Positions 12,602 to 26,429 of a DNA stretch of 64,000 nt are shown here, in pieces. A program made the translations under genes and the position numbers. The stretch spans positions 171,802,001 through 171,866,000 of the forward strand of contig OZ024741.1 of NCBI GenBank assembly GCA_964016885.1, written 5' to 3'. Every line of letters begins with the position of its first letter. Position 1 is the first letter of the stretch. Under the pieces are notes generated by a model. The model was not told the DNA's origin, did no database searches, and worked only from the letters and a program-made list of their open reading frames with translations. This DNA comes from Eledone cirrhosa. Lineage: Eukaryota.

Positions 12602-13360
12602 TCAAACACTGCCTCCAGTGGATCCTATCAGGATTCATTTGGTAATAATCCAATTTACATGGTGTCATTTGATATGCATTGATGCCAACATACAAATATA
12701 CTATAAACAGATGATAACAACTGCACAAAACTAGTATCTTGCAAATAAATCTCATCATCATTGCTTTATTCATGCTGGCGAGGAGAGTTTATGAAGAAAC
12801 ATGACATGGACTAAATAGTTCTTGGGTTTCTCAATCAGATGAAATGGAGATACATCCACAAGCCTAACAAGGTAGCAGTATACGTCAACTGGAATGTATG
12901 CAGCAGTCACAATATTAAGTTGACTGAGAAATAGTAGAATCATCTGCCAAACATGACATTGGAAAAATCTATTGTCAATAATCAATGGGACATACCTATC
13001 CACGTTGCTATGGAGATAAAAGCCAGCAAGCCTGATATTAATGTGTAAGTGGCTAAATACTTCCTAACCCAAATTTTAGGGATATTCTGTGTAACATTGT
13101 GTGAGACTTGGCTGATTCATTGAATAAAATGTATAGTCCAACTGATAAGCTTTCATTTTACACTTACCCAATTTCACTTACAAGGCTCGGGTTGACTGAG
13201 GGCTAAGAAAAAGGAACTGTTAGTTGTTCAAAAAGCCAGGCATTGGTACTGAAACTGAAATGTCAAGATTACTAACTTCTCAGCCATGTGGCCATGCTCC
13301 ATCCATATGCTAACATTAATAACTCCTGATTGAACCCCGAATAAACTAATATATATATAT

Positions 13361-13678
13361 ATCATCATCATCATCATTTTACGTCTGCTTTTCCCTGCTT
13401 GCAAGGGTGGGACGGGAACTGATTCTGGCTTGATTTCTACAGCTGGATGCCCTTCCTAACACTAACCTCATTTATAGTGAGTGCTGGGTGCTTTTTTTCC
13501 GTGGCGCCTACACATCCATTTTACAGTGGAATGATATGGACTCCAGTCCTATCATCTCATTTCTACAGCTGAGTAAACTGGAGCAATGTGAAATAAAGTG
13601 TCTTGCTCAAGGAAACAACACATCACCCGGTCTTAGAATTGAACTCACAACCTTTCGATTGCAAGGCCATGCACCTTC
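13361..13678 (-). mobile_element. Composite SINE with RTE tail
   Basis: Reverse-complement homolog of 4033-4465, lacking the internal inversion. Confidence 0.85.
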
Positions 13679-14261
13679 ATATATATATACATATATACAG
13701 AACAAATGAAAGAAACTGCATTAAAATAATGTATAAACGACAAAAATATATACTACCACACCAAAAAGTTAAAAGTAGTGCTATGTTTTGTGTGTGAGTG
13801 TGGAGGGGGATGCACATATGCATATATAGGATGCTAATCTGCATCAAATATACTTCATCTGCATCAAATATACAAATGCAGTAGCTGATACAACATCTGT
13901 ATCGCATTTGCTGAAATATCAAGATCAATGACAACAGGAACAATGACAAATTATGCATCTTCTTTAAAACAGATCAAATGTACTTTTGCAAAGGAACTTC
14001 AGCATTGCATCCCAGTTTTCTTTCTTTTTTACCTTTATGTGGAAATATTGAAATTGCCTTACTGGAGGGTATGAGAAACACACACACAAAAATGCAGTTT
14101 TTTTTTTCAAGTCTGCTATTTCATTGATCAATTTTTTATTGAATCACTGAATTATAGGACATGAACACAAACACAGGCACAGATGTAAACACATACATGC
14201 ATGAAGATACACACACACACATATGCACATATAAGTACATATATATCCCACAAACCTCTGC

Positions 14262-14412
14262 AGTTTCTGTCTACTAAATACCATTCACAAAGCATTGGTC
14301 AATAATAAAAGACATTGATAGAGGACACTTTCCCAAGATGTCATGCAATGGGACTAAACCCAGAATCACACAGTTGGAAAGCAAACTCCGTAACCACACA
14401 GCTATGCCTGCT
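14262..14412 (-). mobile_element. SINE family C
   Basis: Homologous to 1010-1152. Confidence 0.65.
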
Positions 14413-15652
14413 CCTAAATATCTAAAATTCTATGATAGTATGCAGTGAGTATAGTCTCTAAAGTAGTGGACATTAGAAAAGGCATTCAGCTGCAAAAACC
14501 ATGCCAAAATATGGAATGTATGAGCAAGTTGTAATTCTCCAATCCATCTTGTCTCAGACTGTGATGTCTTGTCTAACCCATGCAAGAATAGAAAGTAGAT
14601 ATAAAAGGCTGATGATGAGGATACATGTATTTGATGAGCTTCCACACACTTCTGTGTACCAAATTCATTCATAATGAATTGGATGTCTGGAGGCTTTAAT
14701 AGAAAGTTGCTCACAGTGCAATACTGTATGACTGAACGTGAAACTACGTGACTGCAAAATAAATTTCTTAACCATACAGCCATGTTTACATGAATATAAT
14801 TGTGGTATGACCTTATTGCATGTCCTACATTGCTTAAACATTTAAAATATTCTTTGCTTCCCATACCAAACAATGAAATGTAAAATTATGCTTGTAACGT
14901 ATGGGAGATATCTAGTATAATGAGTAAATTAATTTCTATGGTTAAAATCGATTTGAAGTCTCTTCAGATGACAGCAAAGAATGAGATAGTAGAAGAAAAG
15001 AACTGCTGTATTTATAGATGCCAAGTTGTATAGATGTATATCTATGATGAGGATTGGCAACTATTAAATTATGCTTCTTTATAGTCTGGAGAAGGAAAAA
15101 TTAGCTAGTCATCAGATCAGACCAGAGAAATGATGTGTTCATAGATTTTCCCATTGCTGATACTAACAGCTGATTGCAACTCCTGGTAGAAGGGGCATGT
15201 GAAATAAAGCTCATGGACATAAGGCAATCCCTGATCAAGGAATCAAACCTATGACCTTATGATGATGTATCCAACACTCTAACCATCAGGCTGCTCGCTT
15301 TCACTTTTTACAGTCTTCATGTAAATCAAATAAGAGAAATCAAATAACATGCCACCACACACTCATCGACAGCCATATATACATCTACATTATGCAAGCA
15401 TATATCTGTATATTTATGTCTGTGTGTCTGTTTGCATGTGTGTGTGTACATGCATGTCTGCATGTGTGTGCATGTATGTGTGTGTATGTGTGTGAATGTC
15501 CCTATATTTTTTTTTTATTTCAAACTCCGATAAATGCTACTCCTAAGTTTCGGTGAAGTTTAATAATCTTAGCATTGTTTTCCCTCTATAATTTTTTCTT
15601 GTTACAGTTTAATGCATTATTTCAGGAGTTATAAGCCTGCCAACTGAATAAA

Positions 15653-15653
<1 letters not shown>

Positions 15654-15717
<64 letters not shown>
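15654..15717. repeat. (ATT)n(GTT)n microsatellite
   Basis: Directly visible. Confidence 0.95.
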
Positions 15718-15957
15718 ACTATTATTTAGTTCTTTGTTTCTATTTTTTTGGAGGGAATTTGAAAAATATTGTCAATTTATTTTGCACTTTTTCTCTTCAA
15801 TTTTTTAGTTTTATAAAGCTGACAAAATTCCATTCGCTCTGAGTCTGTGTTAATGTGTGTCTGTGCATGTGTGTATGTATGCGTGTCTGTATGCATGCAT
15901 ATTTTTGTGGTTCAATAAACTCCTTGAGACAAAATAAAACCCAGCCATACGTATACA

Positions 15958-16300
15958 GGAGAGTGAACAGGTGATAGAGAGAGAGGGGGATAGAGAGAGA
16001 GAGAGGAGATATATGAGAGAAGTAATGAACTCTACAAAGAATGAAAGGAAAAGAGAGAGAAACTACTTTGAGGGATCTTAACAGAAAGAGAGGGAGGATG
16101 AGAGAGAGATGTAGAGATCTAAAGAGAGATAGAGAGAGACAAAGAGACAGGGAGAAGTGAGAGAGAAAGAGCAGAGCAGTGATAAAGAGAAGTAGAGAGA
16201 TCTAAAGAGAGAGTGAGAAAGATATGAACATAGAGAAGCAGTGAGGGCTAGAAAAGTAAAAAGATATAGAAGCAGAACAATGTAGAGGGAGGGAGAGGGA
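15958..16300. repeat. Purine-rich (GA)-type low-complexity tract
   Basis: Directly visible. Confidence 0.85.
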
Positions 16301-16809
16301 TAATATGAGTGTTAGTGTGCAGTATAATTACATTAATTTCATAACAATATTGTTTCTTTGCCTTAGTATATTCCTAGATAGCAGGAATTGTGAGTTATTA
16401 GGACTGAAGCAATTTAATGCTACAATTGTTTATATCTCTTTATATACAGAATACCAAAACATTTATTAATTTTTCCTTTATCTTGCAAATTATTTCGGGT
16501 CCTTTGTTGTTGTTCTTTTTCTTTGTGTTGTTATTTGATTTTTTTTTTTTTTTTTTTTTTGTGTGGAGCCTTTAGGTTATTTGAAGTTGGGGGTAGGTGA
16601 GAGAGATTGTAAACAAAAATAATATTAATAATGAAAATGATTTCCTTTACTGGCCATGAGGACCGGAGACATTAAGGAAAGTACAAGGATGAAAATAATA
16701 TATTGTTGGGTTTACATAGAGAAAAAGGAGAAACCAACAAAGAGAAAATAGTAGTTATAACAAGAACAATAACAATAATTGTAATAAATGGCAATGATAA
16801 CAGAATATT

Positions 16810-17005
16810 AAGGGTGGTGGTTTGGCAATATCGGTAGAGAATTGGATGCCATGCTTTGCAGCATAGCGTTATGCCCCTTTTTGGTCTGAGTTCAAATCCC
16901 GCCGAGATTAACTTTGCCTTTTGTCCTTACACGGTCAATAAAATAAAGTACCAGTAATGCACTGATTAATTGTTGGCCTTGTGCCAAAAGTAGAAACAAT
17001 TATTA
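16810..17005 (+). mobile_element. SINE family B
   Basis: Matches the family B consensus seen in this window. Confidence 0.85.
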
Positions 17006-18004
17006 CAAAAGTCAACTAGATAAGTTTCCCCTATACGAGGGGATGATCCATTATGGTAATTTCGGGAAAAGCTCCACATAAAACCCCAGATCACACTGTT
17101 GCATCAAAGCCATTGAAAAGACCTTCTGGTTTCTTTTACCCTGCTTAGAAAAGCATAGTCAGAATAGGCCCATTCACCAAAATTCCCCATTAGCAGTTTT
17201 CAATAGGTTCATCAATATAAAAACATATCGTCTGGACAAAAGTACTTTGTTTTTCTATCCTTGTGATTAAAAGTAAACATCTATCATCCAAGTGCTCTGA
17301 GTAGCAATCTTTCACTTCTGTATCTATTCACATATTGCATGGGTTTTCCACCTCCAATTCAGACACTTTTTTAAGCAAACCAATGCTGCTGGTTCTGAAG
17401 ACTGTATTTTATAGGATTCAAACTGTTCCTTTTTTAAGAAGCTTTCTGATAGAGATGTTTCTTTTTTGTTTCCATTTTTCCTCTTCTTTTCTAATTTTGT
17501 TACAACAGTTTGTCAGCCTTTCTCAACTTCCATTCTATCCTCAATACCAGAAGTGGGTGGGGTGATACTCTTAGGAGGAGAAACTTTAGCATCGTTCAGC
17601 TCTGTGGTGTATGATGTAGCTTTCTTGGTATTCTCAAAAATTAGGAAGAGGCACCTCAACATCATCTGCTTCAGGAAATAAGGAGGAGGTGGATTTTCCC
17701 ATCATCCCCAAAGATGCAAATGGGGTAATGACTGACAGTGCCACTGGAACAGTAATTGGTTTTATGTTTAGCTTATGAGACAAGAAGCCCTTAAATGGAT
17801 TATGCTACCACATGTGTATCAACTAAGCTTTTTGACTTACATGACTAGTCTTATACCTTTTGATATTGCACATATATCAGGGTATGTTCTGGAATAGCCT
17901 TGTGGTTCTGAGGAGGTGTTATGTGGTTGATACTTACTTCTCCTAACCCTATATCAATTTTTATTACTTTGACACTTATTACTATTTTGTTTAATACACT
18001 TAAT

Positions 18005-18028
18005 TTTAATTTGTTTTCTATTTTTCAG
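18005..18028 (+). promoter_or_regulatory. Candidate 3' splice acceptor opening the GPCR terminal exon
   Basis: T-rich tract ending TTTTTCAG about 1.2 kb upstream of the GPCR ATG; no transcript evidence. Confidence 0.3.
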
Positions 18029-18590
18029 ACAACAGCAAGATGTGATGGCCACTTTAAAATTCGGAATATTGATCAAGGCAGCAATGACTCCAGATTTGTC
18101 TTCTACTGTCAGTGTTATCAACTGGGCAAAGCTGTGATCAGAGATACTTTCCACATTTCTCTACAATTTACATTATTTGAATGTGCCATGCTCCCAAGCA
18201 TGAGAGCCATTCTTGAGACTTACAAAGAACCATATGCTACTGATCAAAACCTTTGGAAAATACAACTCTATTCAGGAACATAATTGATGATAAATGCAAA
18301 TGGAGCCAAAGCCTACATTTAGATACCTTGGAACTTTTTAGTCTATATGAGACCAGTTCTTAGAAAGAAACTATAGTTTCTTCCCCCTCCTCTCAGTCTC
18401 TTTCACCTTTCTAATTACAATCAATTCATTTCTTCACAATATATCACTTACTCTCTCCCACCTAACCCCTCTTTCTATCATTCCTGTTTTCATTTCTTCC
18501 CTTATTACTTTTTTTCATCCAACTTTTTCTCAACACAATCATCTAATTATTATTTATACTTGTAGTTTCAAATTTTGAATAAGAAAAAAG

Positions 18591-18676
<86 letters not shown>

Positions 18677-19220
18677 TGAGGAGAAGAAGAAAAGGGAAAG
18701 AAAAAATACAATTTTCTGAAAATGCAAGAAATATTACGAAAAGGAAATTTTTACCATTGAAAAAAAAAAAAGGGAGGAAAATGTTTCCTGCAGAAAAAAA
18801 AGAAGACAAAAGCATAATTATTTTAAAAAAAAGTGATCGAAATTAGGTGAGAGTGTATTATATTCAATGTAAGTACATCTCACATAAATACTTTAAAAAT
18901 CTGTTGCTTACTGTTGTTATACATATATATTGACATTTATTCAGTGAGATATATATACATACATATATATATATCCTTTGATTATTTTAAATAATCTATA
19001 AAATGAACACATTATCAAAGTCTGCAATACTACTCAAAGCAGAGTAAAAGCAAAACAGCAAAAAAAACCTAGAAAATAATTACAGCTCAGTTTTTTTGTC
19101 GAGGATTAAACCTTGAAAACTGACGGATACTCCGCCTCTTGTTTCAGTTTGAGTCTCTTGTCTTTCATTTACAATTCTCCAGTTGTCTTTTGAACCATTT
19201 TTTCCAAGCAACATAGTGAT

Positions 19221-21029
19221 ATGGCAAAAATGAACCAAATCAATTATGATATAATCAGAAATGAAAGTGTATATGATTTCAATGTGACTACCACTTTGAG
19301 TTCAAAACCCTTCCTTCTTCATGATCATACTTATAAATTGGTCACCTTTTATCTTATGGGTGTTGGTGGCATGACAGTCTGCTGTCTTGGTATCATAGGG
19401 AATATTCTTTCATTTATTGTGTTGACACGAAAAACAATGAAGTCTTCAACATATACATATCTATCAGGCCTTGCTATATGTGATTTGCTGGTTTTGATCA
19501 TATCAGGACTTATGCTCCACAAAGATGTGAAGTACCCAGAACGTGGAACCATCGTTTGGGATGATAATTATTACTCTGAGATGTTTCCTATCGTTCATCC
19601 ATTGGCGATCACCTTCCAGATCACATCAGTATGGTTAACATTAGCATTTACTGTGGACCGTTATATAATGATATGCCATCCTTTCAAAGCAGAGCGCATG
19701 TGTGATATTTCGAGAGCAAGGCGAGTGGTCCTCTCTTTGTATATTGGAGGAGTTGTATTCAATATTCCACGATTCTTAGAATACGAGACTGACATCATTG
19801 AACTTCCAAACAATGTTACACGGATTATGACCAAATTTACAGAGCTTGGCCAGAATGAATACTTCAAGACAACTGTACATTTATGGCTTTATTTTATTTT
19901 TGTCTGTTTGATTCCATTTTTCACAATGGCCATTTTAAATGCATTTTTAATCTACGCAGTGCACCAATCAAGAAAACGGGGTAAAGCAATTAATGCTAAA
20001 GAAAAACGGCGCAATGACACAACAATTATGCTAATTGGAGTTATCATAATCTTTTTCATTTGTCAAACCCCTGCTTTGATATCTCGAATAATGTGGTCAC
20101 TACCAACCACAGTGACATCAACGCAATACCGCTTGTTAAATGAAATTGGAAATTTCTTAGTTTTATTAAATTCTGCAACTAATATCATTCCATACTATTT
20201 TTTTGGACAACGATTTCGGAATGAGTTCTGGAGAAGTTTTTGTTCGTGTTTTATAGGTAAGGAAAATGTCCGGCGTCTTGCAAGAAGTATGAGCCTCTCG
20301 TTTGATCGGAGGTTCAGTAATGCTAGTACCATTGTCCGTGCAATAGAATTGAATGGTCTTCCAACGCAGGAGGGACAACGGTCAATAAAAGAAAGTGGTG
20401 CTAATGCCCAACAGAGAGATGGTACGAATGGCACAGCACTCATTCTCGAGCAACACAAGACTCGGACAGTTTTGCTTAGCAAGTACAACAAAACAGACAG
20501 GTTAAACTTGTGGACCAGTCTGAAACAGAAGCTTCTGCCCAAGAACAAGCAAGACCACCACAACACCGAAATAGGAATAGGGATTGTTGATGGTGATATA
20601 GAGTATAGTGGTGGAAGTTGTGGGAGTGGTGGAAGCATTGGTAGTTATGGTGATGGTGATGGTGGTGGTGAAGGAGTTGATGGTGGTGGTAGAGCAATTG
20701 GATGCAATGACAATTGTGGGGAGGGTGGGGGTGCTGCTGGTGTTGATGATGATGATGGTGGTGGCAGTAGGAGCTGTAGTAACACACAAGGTTCTTATCA
20801 GCAACATCAACATCAACAACAACATCCCCACCAACAGCTTCACCAACACCAACAACAACATCATCACCATCCCCATCACCATCACCATCCTCACAAACAG
20901 CACCAGCAACATGAAGAACAAAACCAACGGCATCAGCATTCAGGCAAAAAATTACGTTATAGTTTCAAACCAAGGCACCTTACTTCTCTATGTTTGAGAT
21001 ACCAAAAGACAGAAGGGGGTACAATATGA
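19221..21029 (+). CDS. Class A (rhodopsin-like) GPCR, FMRFamide/sex-peptide receptor-like, single coding exon, 602 aa
   Basis: Seven hydrophobic segments; TM1 GIIGN, TM2 LAICD, TM3 TVDRYIMICHP, TM4 FNIPRF, TM6 FFICQTP, TM7 NSATNIIPY; N-terminal sequons NES and NVT; uninterrupted ORF. Confidence 0.93.
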   Translation: MAKMNQINYDIIRNESVYDFNVTTTLSSKPFLLHDHTYKLVTFYLMGVGGMTVCCLGIIGNILSFIVLTRKTMKSSTYTYLSGLAICDLLVLIISGLMLHKDVKYPERGTIVWDDNYYSEMFPIVHPLAITFQITSVWLTLAFTVDRYIMICHPFKAERMCDISRARRVVLSLYIGGVVFNIPRFLEYETDIIELPNNVTRIMTKFTELGQNEYFKTTVHLWLYFIFVCLIPFFTMAILNAFLIYAVHQSRKRGKAINAKEKRRNDTTIMLIGVIIIFFICQTPALISRIMWSLPTTVTSTQYRLLNEIGNFLVLLNSATNIIPYYFFGQRFRNEFWRSFCSCFIGKENVRRLARSMSLSFDRRFSNASTIVRAIELNGLPTQEGQRSIKESGANAQQRDGTNGTALILEQHKTRTVLLSKYNKTDRLNLWTSLKQKLLPKNKQDHHNTEIGIGIVDGDIEYSGGSCGSGGSIGSYGDGDGGGEGVDGGGRAIGCNDNCGEGGGAAGVDDDDGGGSRSCSNTQGSYQQHQHQQQHPHQQLHQHQQQHHHHPHHHHHPHKQHQQHEEQNQRHQHSGKKLRYSFKPRHLTSLCLRYQKTEGGTI

Positions 21030-21426
21030 GGATGACAATAATGCTGACAATTATGATGTTGATGATGGTGATAAAAAAAACAACTCAAGCAAGAGGTATC
21101 GTGAAATTAAAGAATGAGAGAAAGAGAAAGAAAGAAAGAACGAAAGATAGGAAGCAGGAAAAAGAGAGAAAGATCCCATTCAGGCAAATCAAAGACTTTA
21201 TTACCGATTTCATGAATGGTGTTTTTTGGTTATTTTTTTAAAGCTATTTATTGTACAATAAAAAAAAACTGTCTAAGTTAAATGCATGCAAATTATGCAT
21301 GCTTAAGAATGATGCATATATGTATCTGGACAAAATCGTTTCAGTTTCTTATTTTTTATATTTTTATTTATTTATTTATAATTATATATTTTGAATTTTG
21401 TTTCTTTTATGAGCATTATTATTATT

Positions 21427-21610
21427 GGATTGGCAGAATTGGTAGAAGGTCGGACATGCTTTCCAGCATAGTTACGTCCCTTTACAAACTGAGTTCAAAT
21501 CCCGCCGAGGTTGACTTTGCCTTTCATCCTTACGAGGTCGATAAAATAAAGTACCAGTAATACACTGGGATAATTGCTGGCCTTGTGCCAAAAGTAGAAA
21601 CAATTATTAC
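21427..21610 (+). mobile_element. SINE family B downstream of the GPCR stop
   Basis: Matches family B, (ATT)n tail. Confidence 0.85.
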
Positions 21611-21817
21611 TATCATTATTATTAGATTTATCATTGTTATTATTATTGTTAAAAAGAATTTATTGCTGTTATCTTTATTAACTGTGTGGTTGTTAATACT
21701 TTTTTTTTTTTCATTAATTCAATGTTTTTGTGTTTATCAATGTATTATTTACATGTATGTGATGCATGTATCTGCATGCATGTATCTATATGTGCATATG
21801 TGTGAATATACAAATAT

Positions 21818-21925
<108 letters not shown>

Positions 21926-22322
21926 TCACACAGGCACCCACACACACACACATATAACAATGCATACAAATATACAGCAATACATAAAATACATATACAC
22001 ACACACACACACACACAAACTCACATGCACACACACATTTAGGTATATATGTGTGAATGTGTGTTTGTGGGAGAGTGTATGGAGATTGTGTGTAAACACA
22101 GAGAAGGATGTTTGCTTAAACAATGCCAATAGGCAATCTAATGACAAAGGGCATCAGGTACATCTCCAGTAAGTAATATTTATGTACAGTTGTTAATGAA
22201 AATTAGGAATGATAAAGATGCAGTTTATAAAATGCAGCAGAGAAAAAATCTCTTTCATGGCTAAGGTGAAACAAAACAATATAAGAAAGATGCAAAAGTT
22301 CCATAATATCAGCATTATTATT

Positions 22323-22512
22323 GTGGTGGATTGGCAGTATCGGTAGAGGGTCGGACGCCATACTTTGACGCATAGAGTTACGGCCCTTGCCATTCTGAGT
22401 TCAAATCCCGCCGAGGTTAACTTTTGCCTTTCATCCCTACAGGGTCGATAAAATAAAGTACCAGTAATGTACTGGGTAACTGCTGGCCTTGTGCCAAATG
22501 TAGAACCAATTA
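22323..22512 (+). mobile_element. SINE family B, near full length
   Basis: gtggtggattggcagtatcggtagagggtcggacgcc head through tail. Confidence 0.88.
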
Positions 22513-22552
22513 TTGTTGTTGTTAATATAATCATTATTGTTATTAAATTAAA

Positions 22553-22580
22553 TTATATATATATTTATATATGTATATGA

Positions 22581-22613
<33 letters not shown>

Positions 22614-22676
22614 AATGTGTATATATATATATATATTTATATATATTTATATATATATACATGTGTATATATATAC

Positions 22677-22751
<75 letters not shown>

Positions 22752-22778
22752 GTGTATATATATATATATACATGTGTA

Positions 22779-22810
<32 letters not shown>

Positions 22811-22914
22811 CATACATATATATATATATACACATACATATATATATGCATATATATATATATATATATATACATACATATATATGTGCATATATATATA
22901 TACATACATATATA

Positions 22915-22966
<52 letters not shown>

Positions 22967-23176
22967 TATATATATACATATATATATACATACATATATA
23001 TATGCATATATATACATATATATACATACATATATATACATATGTATATATATATACATACATATATATGTGCATATATATATATATACATATATATACA
23101 TACATATATATATGCATATATATACATATATATATATATATACATACATATATATGTGCATATATATATATATATA

Positions 23177-23235
<59 letters not shown>

Positions 23236-23250
23236 ATGCATATACAGATA
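22553..23250. repeat. Long compound (TA)n microsatellite with TACA/TGCA interruptions
   Basis: Directly visible. Confidence 0.97.
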
Positions 23251-23515
23251 TACATAATACACCTTCTCATCATCACACACACATACCCAAATATTTATTT
23301 ATATTTATAATAAATAGGACTTCTGCTCAGGAATTCTGAAGCTGTCTGTTTATGAGTAAAAGATGAATGGATATATATTGTAATTTGTATAGCTATACAT
23401 GTATATGGGGTCTGTTTGTGACTCTCCAAATAAGTAATATGTATATATAAATGTATATATGTATATCTATATAAATGTATATATTTATATAAATATAAAT
23501 GTATATATATATATA

Positions 23516-23555
23516 TTTCGTTTCTGAATTTGTTTAGCAAGATTCTTTATCTGAA

Positions 23556-23556
<1 letters not shown>
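23516..23556 (-). mobile_element. Isolated 3' tail of family PA inside (TA)n
   Basis: tttcgtttctgaatttgtttagcaagattctttatctgaaat matches 2625-2666 and the reverse complement of 52676-52717. Confidence 0.85.
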
Positions 23557-23625
<69 letters not shown>

Positions 23626-23758
23626 GTATATATAAATGTATATATATATATATATAGATATAAATATATACATGCATATACATATATATATAAATATATA
23701 CATGCATACAAATATATACATATATATACATATATGTTTATACATATATGTATATACA

Positions 23759-23846
<88 letters not shown>

Positions 23847-24340
23847 TTAATCTGTTATTTTAATAATATATATAATACATATATATATATAAATACCTGT
23901 GTATGGTGTATGTGTGTATTGTATTTTCTTGTGAATATTTTGAGAAATTTTACACTCAAATATACGTTTTCTTAAAATTTTACTGAACTTAAATGTGACC
24001 ATTTAAATTGGCAAGATTGCAAGGACATACTACTATCAATTGTATTCAAATGATACTTGACATATTGGTGATATATCTAATTTGGGAATCTTTATAAATA
24101 CGTATTTGTCACAAATGGAAGAAGTTGATAAAATGTAGTCACTTCGAACTGTCTATTTTAGATTGATTAACATCTTCAAGAAAATTACAAGAAATGTATT
24201 AAGGAGAGTTGTCGATTTTCCACAAAATTCAAAAAGCCTGCTTTGATACAAAACATTGTGAATAAATGAATCTTGTATGTATGAATGTAAATGTATGTAT
24301 ATAGGATGTTAAATGATGATGATGATGATGATGATGATGA

Positions 24341-24371
<31 letters not shown>

Positions 24372-24431
24372 AGACACATACATATTTATATATATATACA
24401 TAGAGACACATATATTAATATACAGACACAT

Positions 24432-24469
<38 letters not shown>

Positions 24470-24473
<4 letters not shown>

Positions 24474-24676
24474 AACGAGTAGGACCCCGACGGCTGAGCT
24501 CAAGCCGTTTCGACGGCTAATTCTGGACTAAAATTTTAGTCCAGAATTAGCCGTCAAAACGGCTTGAGCTCAGCCGTCGGGGTCCTACCCACTCCTATTA
24601 CCCACTCTACTACCCTAAGTATTGAGTACTTTGGTGCGTTATGTCCCATCTGGTTCCTTACCACATTTCCTTCGTT
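24470..24676 (+). mobile_element. Fold-back element family PC
   Basis: Fold-back centred at about 24533 (ggacta aaattt tagtcc), tail to 24676, (TA)n on both sides. Confidence 0.85.
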
Positions 24677-24697
24677 ATATATATATATATATATATC

Positions 24698-24730
<33 letters not shown>

Positions 24731-24742
24731 ATATATATCATA

Positions 24743-24830
<88 letters not shown>

Positions 24831-24832
24831 AT

Positions 24833-24894
<62 letters not shown>

Positions 24895-25301
24895 ATATAC
24901 ATATATATAAATATATAAAATGAAGAGAATCAAGGTTTTTAAAGTAAATCCATCTTTGATAGCAACAATCAGTTTATACAGGTGATAAGCTTGTATGTAT
25001 ATGCAAACAAGGAATCAATCAGTTATAATTAATTAATGATTATTCACACAATATATAAGACACCTGCAGGTGTTTTATATATTAGTAATTTCCAAGATAT
25101 TAATAATGTATTTAATTTAAAAACCTTGGCTTTCTTCACTCTAAATATTTAAGCTCTGCTGCTCTTATTGTTCTCAACAACAGGAACTTTAACCATCAGA
25201 AGATTATTTTGTTTGCTTTGAATTCCCTATGTACCTTAAGCATGCATTGAGCTTTTCACATCTTACAAAGATTGATAGTGGAATATTCCATTATAACTAC
25301 T

Positions 25302-25735
25302 TATATATATAGTATTTTCCGTAGTGTTATAATATGAATATTACACACAGTAGATGGACAGCTCACGTAGAGTTTGCTCGACGGTTCCAGTTGTAGTTTC
25401 AAAAGTAATCCGGAGAAAATAGAAGTATTTAAATGGATACAGTTCAGTTAAAAGGAATTTATTGACACGTGTTTCAATAACAGTTACATAACCTGAAAAC
25501 AGCTGCTATCTACAAAGTATTAATTATGCAGACACTCAATATTTCAATGTTATTATCAACTATCATTTCATCAGAATAATTTTATTGAGAACAGTTGATA
25601 ATAACATTGAAATATTGAGTGTCTGCATAATTAATACTTTGTAGATAGCAGCTGTTTTCAGGTTATGTAACTGTTATTGAACCACGTGTCAATAAATTCC
25701 TTTTAACTGAACTGTATCCATTTAAATCCTTCTAT
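25302..25735 (-). mobile_element. Fold-back element family PF with hammerhead
   Basis: Arms 25419-25561 and 25593-25735; tail 25311-25418; TA runs at both ends. Confidence 0.85.
25459..25579 (-). ncRNA. Hammerhead ribozyme with canonical core and very long stem II
   Basis: ttatt CTGATGA aatgatagtt...aactgttatt GAAA cacgtg TC aataa; 10-bp stem II base, GUC site. Confidence 0.85.
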
Positions 25736-25771
25736 ATATATATATATATATATATGCACATATATATAAAT

Positions 25772-25802
<31 letters not shown>

Positions 25803-26429
25803 ACAAACAAATTAAGGTTACCAACTTACATTCATTCCAGAACAACTGGACATTATTAGTTTGCAATTAACTACATCATACATATTACCTATAACTCACA
25901 TATCCTCAAGAAAATATAAAGAATAAGTTTAGAAATTGCTGTATTTTGGGATCGTTTATGCACACAAATGTCATTTATACCAATTCATTACAGATTCCGA
26001 TACAGGAGTTGTTTCATACTGAAGTGTAATTTTATACAAAGAAATACACACACACATACATACTCAGACATATATATACATATGTCTGTACATTTAAGGA
26101 TGTATGCAGGTATATATATACATATAGGTATATATATCTATATATATACATGTATATACATGCAAAATATACAAGATAAACAAAAGAGTACAAAGAAGAA
26201 ATATGTTGGTTAAATACTTGATATAGTAGGAAATGAGTCTATATTTTGGGGATTAGTCCTTCATCAGAAGATAGAAGGAGAAATACAAGAGTAAATAGTA
26301 AGGTAGAGAATGAGAAGAAGGTACAGAAAAAATAATTTTGAGATAAAGCATGTGTGTATTCAGATTTGTATATATATTTATATATATATAAAGTTTGCAT
26401 ATACATATATATATATATATATATATATT

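Noticed and set aside
12414-12773. Poly-S/R/F ORFs
   Set aside because: Translations of a (TTC)n tract.
17005-17760. More complex sequence that could be a coding exon or LINE ORF1
   Set aside because: No sustained reading frame or recognisable motif.
19349-20997. ORFs overlapping the GPCR in other frames or antisense
   Set aside because: Shadow ORFs of the real CDS and its triplet repeats.
26236-26270. Minus-strand CTGATGA motif
   Set aside because: GAAA and stem I cannot be completed.
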